Shown in pieces: positions 52,247-64,000 of a stretch of DNA of 64,000 bases (the stretch's first letter is position 1; the number at the start of each line of letters is the position of its first letter). Source of the stretch: Rhizophagus irregularis. Its lineage: Eukaryota. The notes beneath the pieces were generated by a model. The model saw only the letters and a program-made list of their open reading frames with translations, was not told where the DNA came from and ran no database searches. The position numbers and the translations under genes were made by a program. The stretch spans positions 5,704,001 to 5,768,000 of the forward strand of contig NC_089431.1 in the NCBI RefSeq assembly GCF_026210795.1, given 5' to 3'.

Positions 52247-55200
52247 ATAGTTCGAAAAAGCTGAGCTTGCAAGAGGCTAAGGTAGAATATGATTTATTAT
52301 TTTTCCTTAAATTCTTTCAATTTATTAATTTTCATCATATTTACGTAAATTTCTTTGATTAGCAATTACAGGATGATGAAATTGAAGCTTTAAAAGGCAA
52401 GTACGATAATATTAGACAAATTAAAAAAGTGAATATTTATTTATAATGATTACTTGTAAAAGGATACTATTTATAAACAATTTAGTTTTATAGCGATTTA
52501 TATGGATGATTTTGAACCTGTTATAAATCAAAATGCTTGGAAGCAAGTAAGTTACGTGAGAAAGTTTAAAGATCTATGACTTATTTAGTAAAACTTTTTT
52601 TTATGATTTTTAGGTTGTCCCAACAGGTCATGAATTTAGACTTCATTTGTGGCCACATGAAGAAGAATTAAAAAAGCATGTAAAGGTTGATTTACATGTG
52701 AAGTACGTAATTTGTAATTTAAAAATAGTTTTTTTTATTTGCGATACATTTTATATTAAATAAATATATTTATAAATCAAGATTTCCAAAAACATATCCT
52801 CGTGTATCACCAGAAATTAAAATTGAAAATGTTCGAGGGCTTTCATCAGAACAATTAAAACAGCTTCAGGTTGAAGTTACTAGAAAAGTAAAAGCAAATG
52901 TCGGTCAGGAAGTAGTTTTTACTATTGCAGGATTTGTGCAAGAGTTTATTACAGCAAATAATAATGGAATTCCGAATGTGGTTATACAACCGTCTTTTCA
53001 TGAGCAAATGCTGAGCAGAAATGAACAGATGTCAAAGGTTCGAAATTTATGCTATTTAGAATTCATAAAATTTTTGGATCAAATTTATTAAAATATTTAT
53101 TTTAGATTCAACAAGAAAAAGAAATAGAAAAAATTAATAAAGCTAAACAAATAAAGGAGCAAGAAGACTTGAATTTATTACAAAAAATTGAACAAGAAAA
53201 ACAGAGGCAAAAAGAGAAAATGGAAGTCGAAAGACAAAAGAGAAAACTATTAACTCGAGAATTGAAGTGCAATGATCATAATTCAATGCAATTTACAACT
53301 ATTGATTTTGATTCGCTGATAATGTTGGATCCTGACGATTCACAAGTAATTATTCTTAAAAATTATTAAAACTTTTTTCAAATGTTTTAATTAATCCATC
53401 TTATAATTATAGTGTGTACCATTTAAATCCGTAATGCTTGGCCCATCTATTGGCAAGGGTAAGTACAAAAAAGATAAAGAGGAAGTTTATTTTATTTATT
53501 AATAAGAAATTTGATTTAATTTAATTTAGGTCCAATTGGTACGACATATATAGTTCAAGCTACAAATTTTCAAATTAAAGAATCATCAACTCCTTTGAGG
53601 CATATATTAGCTCTTAAAGATATTGAAATAACCAATCCACATTATTTAGAACTTGATGGCAAGAGAAAGGTAAGTCGAACATTTTATTTCTTACGCAGAT
53701 TATGATTATAATTGTTTTTTTCTAATTATCATATTGATAAAAATAGCTTGAGGAAATAGAACAAGATCTTATTAGACTGAAAAATCTCTGTCACCCGAAC
53801 ACTGTTATTATTTATGAATCAGAACTCAAAAGATGTTTGACCGGATGGAATTTATATATTCTTATGGAATATGCAATGGGTGGAACTCTCGTTGATTTAT
53901 TGAAAAAATGCGGTGTTGTGAGATTATCATTAGCAAAAGAATATATGAGACAATTATTAACAGCTTTGGAGTATATACATAACAATAATTTTGTGCATAA
54001 AGGTAATTGATAGTGGGATAATAGTAAATGTTAGAGTAGCTGGTAGTCCTTTGGCAAAGATGGACAATACCATTTGGATACTAGTATTGCAGCGCCTCTA
54101 GTGTTTACACGGTATTGTCCTGCAGTGCGAAATCAGTAAGTTAACAATTTAATTTAAATATATTTAGATATCAAGGCTTCAAATATATTGTTTATAGAAG
54201 TCCCTGGATCAGAAGATTTTATTGCCAAATTATCCGATATTAATTATCATAGGAAGTTACTGGGTATTGTATATGTGTTATTTAACGCAATCTCAATAAA
54301 CCGAATATTAAGAGCGGATGATTAATGTATTATCGAACTAACCAATTTTTACGGCCATTATGTATTTAATTTATAAAAATGTTTAGATATGCACAAGAAT
54401 TATCCATTTACTCAAAAATCATACCCGGAAGAAGTAAATAAATGGTTAATATTATAAATTTTTATAATTGAATTTATTATTAATTTTATCTAAGTTAATA
54501 TATTTATAAATTTATATTTGCTTTAGGCTAGCTCCAGAACAAGAATCGAAACCAAACTTTTATTCTAGGTAATCGGTATAATCATTTTTTATTTGATCAT
54601 AATAATTTCTTACCGTTTTTCTAATTATTTAGGAAAACTGACATTTGGTACATGGGAATAATTTTTGTACAAATGTTATTTGGATTAAAGACAACGCAAT
54701 ATTATGATTCATTGGATTTCCTCCTTGGGTCTTGTATGTTAATTTATAATAAAAATTTCTTATCAATACTATTAGCATAGTATTGAACGTTGATCTTATA
54801 TTTATTTAGCCGAACTCGAAATACCAGATCCTGTAAAAAGCATTTTAAAAAGCATGCTTCAAATGTAAGCAAATTATTCGGTTTTTTTTATTTTATTATT
54901 TGCGATTAATAGATTGAATCTTAATTTAAATCTAGAGATCAAAGAAAAAGACCGACTCCATTAGAATTACTGAACAATTCTTTCTTTGACGAAGGAACAG
55001 CTTTTAGTAAAAATTCTGTTACAATGATAGATCCTTCTTTAAAATATATGATGTCACAAGGTTTGTTGTATGATTTGAATTTAAAAAAGCAAATTGGTAT
55101 CTTAATTAATTCTTATTTTAATAGGTCAGCGGAGTTTATCAATTCCATTTCCACTTAATAATGGAAATCATAATGAAATAGTCGGTGGTTTTGGTGATAA

Positions 55201-58200
55201 GTTATCTCATAATGCTATGTCGCCGCCTACATCAACACGACATGTTTCGTTTTCAAGATATAAGTCCGACTTTGAAGAACTTGCTTTCCTTGGTAGAGGT
55301 ACGTGTTAATATTTAACAAATCATTTATTATAAATTTTAAATACATACGTTTATATTTTTTAATTTTAGGCGGATTTGGTGAAGTTGTCAAGGCTAGGAA
55401 TAAAATAGATGGAAGGTATGTTAAAGTACACAGTCATTCTTGATATAACGGATCAATCCATTACATTAATTAAATTTTCTAAAAATTCGCTATATCGATT
55501 ATTGTCCGTTATATCTAGAATTAATGTGTATATTTAGTTTATGCACGGTAAGTATTTGTGAAGTATTAAAAATTTATTATTATTAGATATTATGCAATTA
55601 AGAAAGTGCTACTTAATCCAAATGATATTGAGAAAACGAAAAAAATTTTGAGAGAGGTTACAACGTTATCAAGGTTACATCATCAATATGTTGTAAGATA
55701 TTATACAACATGGTTTGAAGGTAAATTTTTTTTTTTTGTGAATTTTATTCTTTGAAATTTGTGTTTATAGTTTTAAATGTTAAGTGAAAAATAATTTAAA
55801 CAGATTCTGATAGCAGTTGGAATGATGCTGAGTCACTATTCAGTGAAGACATTACATTAGCAGGTGATGAAGAATCGCCATCTTCTAAAGTTAATGATGT
55901 AGACTATCAAGATTTAGATGATGATTTTGATTTAATGTTGGAGGCTTCCTCAAATCGTGGATATTCACAAATACATTTTGGCGAATCATTGTCATCTGAT
56001 AGTGATGATGAATTCGAATTACAAAACGAAGATTCTCCAAAGGAAGTAGGAGGGTATGGTGCTAGAAATAGAACCCCTGGACCAGGAAAAAAGAATAATT
56101 CAAAAGGGGAGAAAACAAGAATTCTTTATATTCAAATGGAATATTGCGAAAATAAAACGCTTAGAGATATTATTGATACAGGAATGGAAGAAGAAGAAGG
56201 ATGGAAGTAAGTTTGTGAATTAATTTTTTAATTTTATTAGTGTTTTATTTATTTAAATTTTATATTTTTAAAAAAAATTAGGATTTTTAGACAAATCGTT
56301 GAAGGACTTGGTATTTTGAGTTCTTTATTTTATGTTTATATGTTTAAAATATTAAACTAAATTTCTTGTTTAAAAAATGCCTTTGTTGTAGCTCATATTC
56401 ATAGACAGGTACATAATAATTTGAATGCAATTAATTTATTATATCATTTTATATTAATTCGGATTTTTTTCTTGTTTTATTATCAGGGAACGGTAATTGA
56501 TTATATAGCGTTTTTAAATTTCTTTTCCTTGACACCGATTATTAATCTATTTATTAACAAATAGATTCATCGTGATTTGAAACCTAGTAATATTTTCTTG
56601 GATGCTAATGGTGATGTCAAAGTATGTTTTAGTCTAAATTTGTTTATTTATGATCATAATGTCTTATTCATCTTTTAAAAAAAATGTGAATAAGATTGGA
56701 GACTTTGGATTAGCAACAACAAACAATGCTATATTTGACCCTGGTTCGTTTAGAAGTATTCAAATGGGCAACGAGGATTCTATGACTGGAGGCATGTAAA
56801 TATTTATTATTTAATTTCTATTACTGTTTATCTTATTTTGTTTTTTCTAATATTGCCATTTTAATAATTAGGCATCGGTACAACTTTATATGTCGCCCCA
56901 GAAGTTGCTAGTAACGTTACTAACGTGGTCAATGGCACGCGTTATAATCAAAAAGGTATTTAATGGTTGAGAATTTCAACATTGTTAATTTATTGTACGT
57001 CATATTGATATCTTTATCCGTTTCATTTAGTTGACATATATTCCTTGGGTAAGCGCCTGATCTGAAACCCATCTAGATATTTTATTTTGTTGTTACTGAG
57101 TTTCATTTTTATTTAGGGATAATATTTTTCGAGATATGTTATAAATTTTCTACGGAAATGGAACGTCGCGTGGTAAGAACATAAAATTGTACGGTAATTT
57201 AATTATATTAATCATCAGTACGATATTAATCAATGTTAAATAAAAAATCTATTATTTATCAAAGACAATAATGAATTTACGAAAACCTGAGATAGACTTT
57301 CCGACTGAATTTATAACCACCAAAAATAAAAATAAAATGGGGTTGATTAGATTATGTTTACAACATAATGCTAAAAATCGTCCTACAGCTTTAGAAATAC
57401 TGAAGAGTGAATTATTGCCAGCAAATATTGAGGACGAACATTTGCAAAATTTTCTTAGAGAATTAGGTTTGTATTATTTTAATTATAATAATTTTTTTTT
57501 TTTAGGGAAAAAAATTTGATAATGTGTACACCAAACATATTTAATATATTTTAACAAATTAGCGAAACCAAATACACCGTACTATCGGAAGTTGATGTCA
57601 AATTTATTTACTCAATCGTCCGATATATCGAAAGATTATACATACGATATAAATTCGGTAGGTAAAATGAAACTCCCACTTCAATATTTTTTATTAGATA
57701 TTTAACATCCGTCTTTCTTTAATAGGGAAATAACTTTGATCAACTAAGTACATTATTAACATATATTAGAGTTCGAGATCATATGATAAAAACATTTCGA
57801 CATCACGGTGCTATAGAGTTGAATACACCGTTGTTAATGCCAAAATACAATCTTTACGAGGAAGATAAGAAAGCTGTTTATTTGATTGATGCTGATGGTG
57901 GTCTTGTACAGGTAATATACATATTTTTTTTTAGAAAGAAAAAGAACAAGTATTATTGAAATTTATATTTAAAACTGCTAATTAATTTCACTTTTAGTTA
58001 CCTTATGATTTAACTGTTCCATTTGCGAGATACGTTTCTAGAAACATAACAGACTTAAAGAGATACACATTTGATCGTGTTTACAGGTAATTAATCATGT
58101 CTTGTTTTAAAAGACTAAACTCAAACTAAAGCGTAATATATATTTAGAGAGAATATTGTTGGATGCCAACCACGTATAATCGACGAAGTTGACTTTGATA

Positions 58201-60256
58201 TAGTTCATAGTTATCCTGCACCCATGGTTGCCGAAGCAGAGATAATAAAGATCGTAGATGAAATTCTTCTGGAATTCCCTCCAATTAAATCAATAAATTA
58301 TGTATTTTACGTGAATCATGCAAATATATTGCAAATAATATTTGATTGTTGTAGAATTCCCGAGGATTTAAGTAGAGGAGTTTGTGGTCTTCTTGGACAA
58401 TTAGATAAGAAATACACCTTTTCACAGATTAAGGCTCAATTAATGAATAAATATAAATTATCCAAAATGATGCTGGATGAGTTGGCATTATTTGATATTA
58501 AAGGTATTTTCATAAGATTTCTAAAGATAATTTATATTTCTACATAATATATACTCCTTTATTTTTTTTAGGTGATTTGGAATTTGTAACAAGTTCTCTT
58601 GAGAAATTAATACCATCACCTTCCATGAAATTGCAAATGAGAGAAGTTTTTAAAGGTTTTAAACTGCTATTGGATTACACAAAATCTCTTGGTGTTAATC
58701 ATGAAATAATTTTTGTTCCATTATTAGTGTTAGTGTTCTTTATGATAATTTTTTTCTACAAATAATTTTAGTTTTTTACATATTTGTCTTTATCTTCTTT
58801 AGGTATAATTGGCATTATTATAAAAATGGAATAATATTTCAAGTTGTAAATGATAATAACCGTAAAGATGTTTTAGCAGGAGGAGGAAGATATGATTGGT
58901 TAATACAACAATTTCGAAATCCTACCATTGTAAGCGGGAAAGGAAGGGCCAAACAAATTTACGGAATTGGCGTTAGTATTGCTATGCAAAAAATTGTTTT
59001 TGCGTTGGAAAATTATCAAAAAGCAATATTACATTCAAAGAAAGTTGAGGAGGAAAAGAACCTAGGCTTTTGGGCCCCTAGAAGGGTGTGTGAAAGAAAA
59101 GATATGTTAGCTTATTTTTTTAATTCTTTTATTATTAATATGTTTTGTGTCTCTCTAGTGTGATGTGTATGTAGCAAGTTTTGGAAAAGTATTATTACAA
59201 GAAAGATTAGACCTTGTAAGAGAGTTATGGGCTCATAATATCAAAGCAGATTTTATGTATGAAGAGCAAACAGATCTTACACCTGAAATTTTGACAACTA
59301 AATGTAAAAATCAAGGAATTAATTGGATAGTTATAATGAAATATAAAATTCAAGATACAACAAGCGCTTCAAGAGATGCTTTAATGACTGTAAAGATAAA
59401 AAATTTAATTAAAAAAACCGAAGAAGAAGGTGATTTATGAGGTTCCTTTGGAATTGTTTAATCTTATACTTTTTTTTATGCTTATCTAGATTTTTTTTTA
59501 ATTATTAGTCCTTCGGAGTGAAATATGTATGAAATTGAGTTCCGAGACGATGAGAGCAGATTTAATTGCACAGACCGATTATTGTTAGTTTTTCAATTAA
59601 TTTATTTTATTTATTTTTTTTTAAAAAAAAAATTTTTTTTATTTGTTCTTTCCTAATCCATTATAATTTTATTTTATTTTTTTTTTAGTATCAGCGCACG
59701 ATTATACAAGTACAAGTCTTTCAACGTCACCGGAATCTTCAAGTCGTCTATCAATAAGTGTTGTTGTTCCTCCGACACAAAAGAATAACAAAAAAATGAA
59801 ACATAAACAGAAAAAGTTGCTTATGGATAAAGGTAATATAAGATCAAATTTTTATATTACTATAGCGCATTTTAAATTTTATTCTCTTAAATTTTTTAGC
59901 ACACGATAATATATCGGGCATCGTGGAACAGATTAAAGATAATAGTGTACCTGTTTTAGCTGTAGATTTAAGTAAAGAATTACTGAGGAAAATGTCTGAT
60001 TGTAATGTATTAGAGGATGAGTCACTCAAGAATAAAAGTAAGTCTTTTTTTGTTCTACATTAATTATTTATAAATTTTTTGTAATTTTTATTTTAATTTG
60101 TTCCCAAAAGTACTGGATATTGCGCCACTTCATCAAAAAGAATATGTTCTTGAAGTTCAGGATATACTTAAAAAACAACGAAATCAAGGTCATAAACATG
60201 TCTGGTTGCACTCACATAGGGATGACTTTGGAATATTGTATCAATTTTTTAATTAA
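52243..60256 (+). CDS. GCN2: eIF2-alpha kinase GCN2
   Basis: Spliced in order: RWD (DEIEALKAIY, FPKTYP), pseudokinase, kinase (SRYKSDFEE, LGRGGFGEVVKARN, YAIKK, LSRLHHQYVVRYY, LYIQMEYC, IHRDLKPSN, IGDFGLA, GTTLYVAPE), HisRS-like domain (LPYDLTVPFARY, AGGGRYD) and C-terminal domain. More than 30 short introns. Confidence 0.96.
54003..54167 (+). other. GC-rich, self-complementary GCN2 intron (candidate structured RNA)
   Basis: ggacaatacc (54062-71) / ggtattgtcc (54111-20) pair perfectly; alternative pairings are 54013-23 with 54113-23 and 54024-36 with 54096-108. Confidence 0.45.
55427..55530. mobile_element. ~100-bp intronic mini inverted-repeat element
   Basis: tacacagtcattcttgatataacgga / tccgttatatctagaattaatgtgta inside a GCN2 intron. 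Confidence 0.65.
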
Positions 60257-60554
60257 TTTGTATAACAAAAGTTAAAAATTCCGTTAACTTAGATAGTAAT
60301 TTCTGGGAATGAATATATGTACTTATGATTAAAAAAACTATTTATACTATTATTATTAAAATTAAGTTATTATATTTTCCAATTTTCTCGATAATCTATT
60401 TAATATGCAGTAGATTATTACAAAAACGATGGTTGTTCCTATAAAAGGACAGAAATCGCGTAATAATTGCACGTCCTTTAACAATAAAATGGGTTAAAAA
60501 AAAAATTTCTTTTTCGCAAAAGGAAAAAATTTCGATATAGATTTTATTCTAGTC

Positions 60555-63500
60555 ATGATTGACAATGAGCAATATATTCTTGTTCTCTTAAAAGAAAAAC
60601 TAGAAAATCCATACAATAGACAACTCGCTGTAAAATTTACGCAAGAAGGCGTAAATTATTTTCTGGAAATAAATAAAGAAAATAAGCATCAACACTTTCT
60701 ATGTTGTCCGAAATATATTAAAATCGTAGTTGAATTATTTCCTGCTTTAGTCGTTGAAGAAGAGAATTTCATCGTATTTCGAAATATTTTGAAAAATCAT
60801 CTTTTGATATGTTTTGATTGTGTCGAAGCTTTTCATATTAATGCTAAAAAATTGTATCAACGGTAAATAAATATAAATAAGTAAATATACATAAAAGTAT
60901 ATATTAAATACATTTGTTCATTTATTTTTATTTTTGACTGATTTAAATTAACATTCATAATTTCTTTTTCTTTTAGTCATAAATCAATATACATAACGGA
61001 TTTTGAAAATAACAATATAGATACATTCTTTGAAAATCTTGGAAAATGGCAAATAAATCGAATCATAGCGGCATTAAACAATATCGAAGAAAAAATTAAG
61101 ACTGATGATTCTAACGAAATAAATTTGCCCGTGTTTTTTGAGTTACTTTTGAACTTCAAATGCCTGCAGAATAACAAAATTAATGAGCTCCTTATCATTG
61201 TTTTGTCAACTTTAAAACAACAAGGAAAGTTTGTTAAATTGACGAGTAGATGCATGCCCGGATTATTATTATGTGCTTTACATGAGAATCAAGAGGTTAG
61301 AAAATGGGCTTGGATATCATTTCAAACCATTAATCATGAGATAGGAGCTAAAGAATTCGAGGAATTTGAGTTTGATATTATCATAGACAATATTTTAAAG
61401 AAACTTGTGAGATTTGATGAAAAGCAAGACTTTAAATATCCTTTTACTAAAGATATTGTAGAATTCTGGAAGGGATTTAGAAGAATCCTTTCCCGTTTAG
61501 AAAATAAAATTTTATGTAGTCAATATTCTATCAAGCCAATTATATATACTTATTGGAAAAAATGTAATCGTAATCAAGAATCCTTATTGGCCGAATTATT
61601 AAAAGCTCTAAATATGCTTTTAGAGAAATTAAAAGAAGATTTCTGGACAAACTGTGAACAGTGGAAGGTTAAAATTCTTGACATATTCGAATCATCTAGT
61701 TTCCAGTATCTCACGAGGGTTCATTCAAAAAAAATGTTTTTGTTAACTTGGATTAAGTCTTACATGATTTCAGCTTTTTCTTCTAACAATTTTATAAATA
61801 TATTAGAAAAGGTGTTGGATATTCTCGTGAAAGAATCTCAAAAATCGGATTGTGATAATGGGTATAGAATCCTTTGTTACGATACGATTTTGGAGATAAT
61901 TATTCAAACTTTATCAATAAATAATAATTACATATATTATCAATTTTACCTTGATTACTCTTCAAAAAGCTCAAAGTTTAAAACAATCTTTGATAATATT
62001 ATGAGAAATTTTTCACATGAGGATATTAAAAGGAATATGCAGAGTTTGGGAATGTCCGAAATGAAATCAGAATTACTTAATAAACTCAAGGAAGATCAGA
62101 AGAAAAGGTCCGCGAAATATTTAAAAAGACAAGTACGCGTAATTGAAGCTCCCTCAAATAAAGAAAAAAATCAATGGATGGTACGTTTTCAAAAACAGAA
62201 AGATGATGAAGCGCGTTTGATGCCAAATGTGAGCCTTTTCTACAAGAAGATATTATCTTTAAATTATACCGCAAGTAGCGAATTACCGCCAAAGTCTTGC
62301 TTAAGTAATTATAAATCGATTCCAAATACATTTTTATCAGTCGAACATTATGTGCAAATTTTTGAGCCGTTTCTTATTTTGGAATGTTGGCAGAATTTGG
62401 TAAATTCAAAAGAAAAAGCGAATAATGAAGATCAGATGGACATTTTTATAGAAAACGTTTGTATGATCGATGATTTTATTGAGGTTTCGTTCAATTGTGA
62501 ACAGCACAATAGGGGTCACTTTCTGGAAAGTGATCTGTTTCATATTCAGTACGAAGCTTCAGAGCAAGAATCTTTACAATATAATATTCAAAATTTGGTT
62601 ATAGTTAAAAATAATAAATTATTACTTTACTTGAATGATTTTTCTCATGATGTTCGACGTTTTTTATTTCGAGACAGTAAATGGAAGGCATATCGAATTA
62701 TGAGGTTAGTGATAATAAATTCATTTTTTTTCTTTTTCTAAACCATTTTTCTAAAAAAGATTTTTTATTCCTTCTTTTTTATCTCGAAGTTTAACGTCAG
62801 TAACACGAGAATATGCAGCTTTAATTTCCATGTCGAAATTTTCACTAAAGAATCAAATTATTAACCCAAAAATTCCTATTACAACATCATCATCGTCTAC
62901 TCAAAGACTCGAACATTACAAAAAGAATTTTCATGTTAATTATTTACAGGCAGAAATTATTGGGAAAATTCTAGACAACGATTGTGGTTTTTCATTAGTT
63001 AAAGGTCCACCAGGAACCGGAAAATCGGAAATGGTCGTTGGTTTAATTTCCGCTTTAAGAGAACATTCAGATGTTCAAGGAACGTGTCTCATTTGTGCGC
63101 CTAGTAATATAATTGTTAGTATACTGGTTAAGAAATTAAAGGCTGGAATATTTGATTCAGCAGGAAATCTTGTTAGAGTTAATATTGTATATTTGGGACT
63201 TTTAGGTTCTATCACAAATGATATGAGAGATGTGTCCTTAGATTTTTTAGCCGAAAAAATGATGTTGGAAGTAAGAGGAGGTTACGTAAAAGATTTTTCT
63301 TATTATAAAAGAAAAGTATTGGAAGGAGCACATATAATATGCTCCACATTGATTGAAAGTGGTCATGAAATATTGTCAACTTTAAATATTAATTTCAGCA
63401 CGCTCATAATTGATAATGTGACTCAGGCAACCGAGCTAAGTTCGCTAATACCTTTAAAATATAATCCAAAGCGTGTTGTATTAATTGGAGATCCAAATCA

Positions 63501-64000
63501 GTCGTCACCAACAGTCTTATCAAAAATAGCAAAGCAATTTTCTTATGATCAAAGTTTATTTACTCGCATACAAAAAAATTGTCCATCATCAATTAATACA
63601 CTAAAAATTCAATATAGAATGCATAAAGAAATAAGCAAATTTCCCAATCAATTTTTCTACGATTCACTTATTAAAAATGCCGATTATTTATTACAAAAGC
63701 GAAATCGACCATGGTATCGAAATCAATTCTTTTCGCCTTACAGATTTTTTAATGTCGAGAGAATAAGGAATGAAAAAAATAACTCCGAAGCAAAAATTAT
63801 TTCTCAAGCATGTAAGAGATTAATTAAGGATTTTTCTCAAGTAAATGTAAGCAAAATTTTTAATTGAGATCAATTTTACTTGTTTGATTTAATTAATTTA
63901 ATTCATTCAAAATGAAAAAGTTTGAAGGTCGAATTGGTATTATCATTCCGGATAAAGGTCAAAAAGTTGATTTTATAAAAGAACTTACGAATGATACATT
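60555..64000 (+). CDS. Sen1/senataxin-like SF1B helicase, divergent; cut by the window edge
   Basis: Exons 60555-60862, 60977-62704, 62790-63840, ~63921-end. SEN1 N-terminal motifs (HFLCCP, CFDCVEAFH, VRKWAW), YVQIFEPFLILECW, REYAAL, GPPGTGKS, CAPSN, LIGDPNQSSPTV, QSLFTRIQ, IQYRMHKEISKFP. Confidence 0.85.

Noticed and set aside
54003..54167. TPP riboswitch, hammerhead ribozyme or canonical H/ACA snoRNA
   Set aside because: No CTGAGA or CTGATGA cores, and no properly placed H and ACA boxes.
554..62331. Most remaining 60-115-aa ORFs in the supplied track
   Set aside because: They are intron read-throughs, antisense shadows or TTG/GTG-start ORFs in AT-rich repeats, with no domain signal.
52243..64000. 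U12-type minor introns
   Set aside because: No RTATCCTT donor seen at the junctions I traced.

Overview
AT-rich, intron-dense eukaryotic DNA. Gene families, short AT-rich introns and repeat types point to an arbuscular mycorrhizal fungus (Glomeromycotina, Rhizophagus-like); this is an inference. Left to right: (1) a tandem array of four secreted kelch-propeller, single-TM genes, three of them damaged in different ways; (2) a DJ-1/PfpI gene behind a triplicated ~190-bp promoter block; (3) an SCP-x-type thiolase ending in PTS1 (AKL) and a Git3/cAMP-receptor-like GPCR, both on the minus strand; (4) a ~22-kb transposon graveyard (30-52 kb) with nested TIR elements and target-site duplications (TSDs), two long foldbacks, a palindromic 52-bp minisatellite, a Zator-like transposase relic, Crinkler-like and Mug135-like pseudogenes, and a shattered gene with tyrosine-recombinase, protelomerase-like motifs; (5) a many-intron GCN2 kinase gene and a Sen1-like helicase gene that runs off the right edge. 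The most unusual signals are the protelomerase-like relic, a MITE that recreates a splice junction, three GCN2 features (overlapping uORF, bistable structured intron, near-intact pseudokinase) and a Walker-B-defective Sen1 paralog. Family assignments come from motif recognition by eye; no searches were run.
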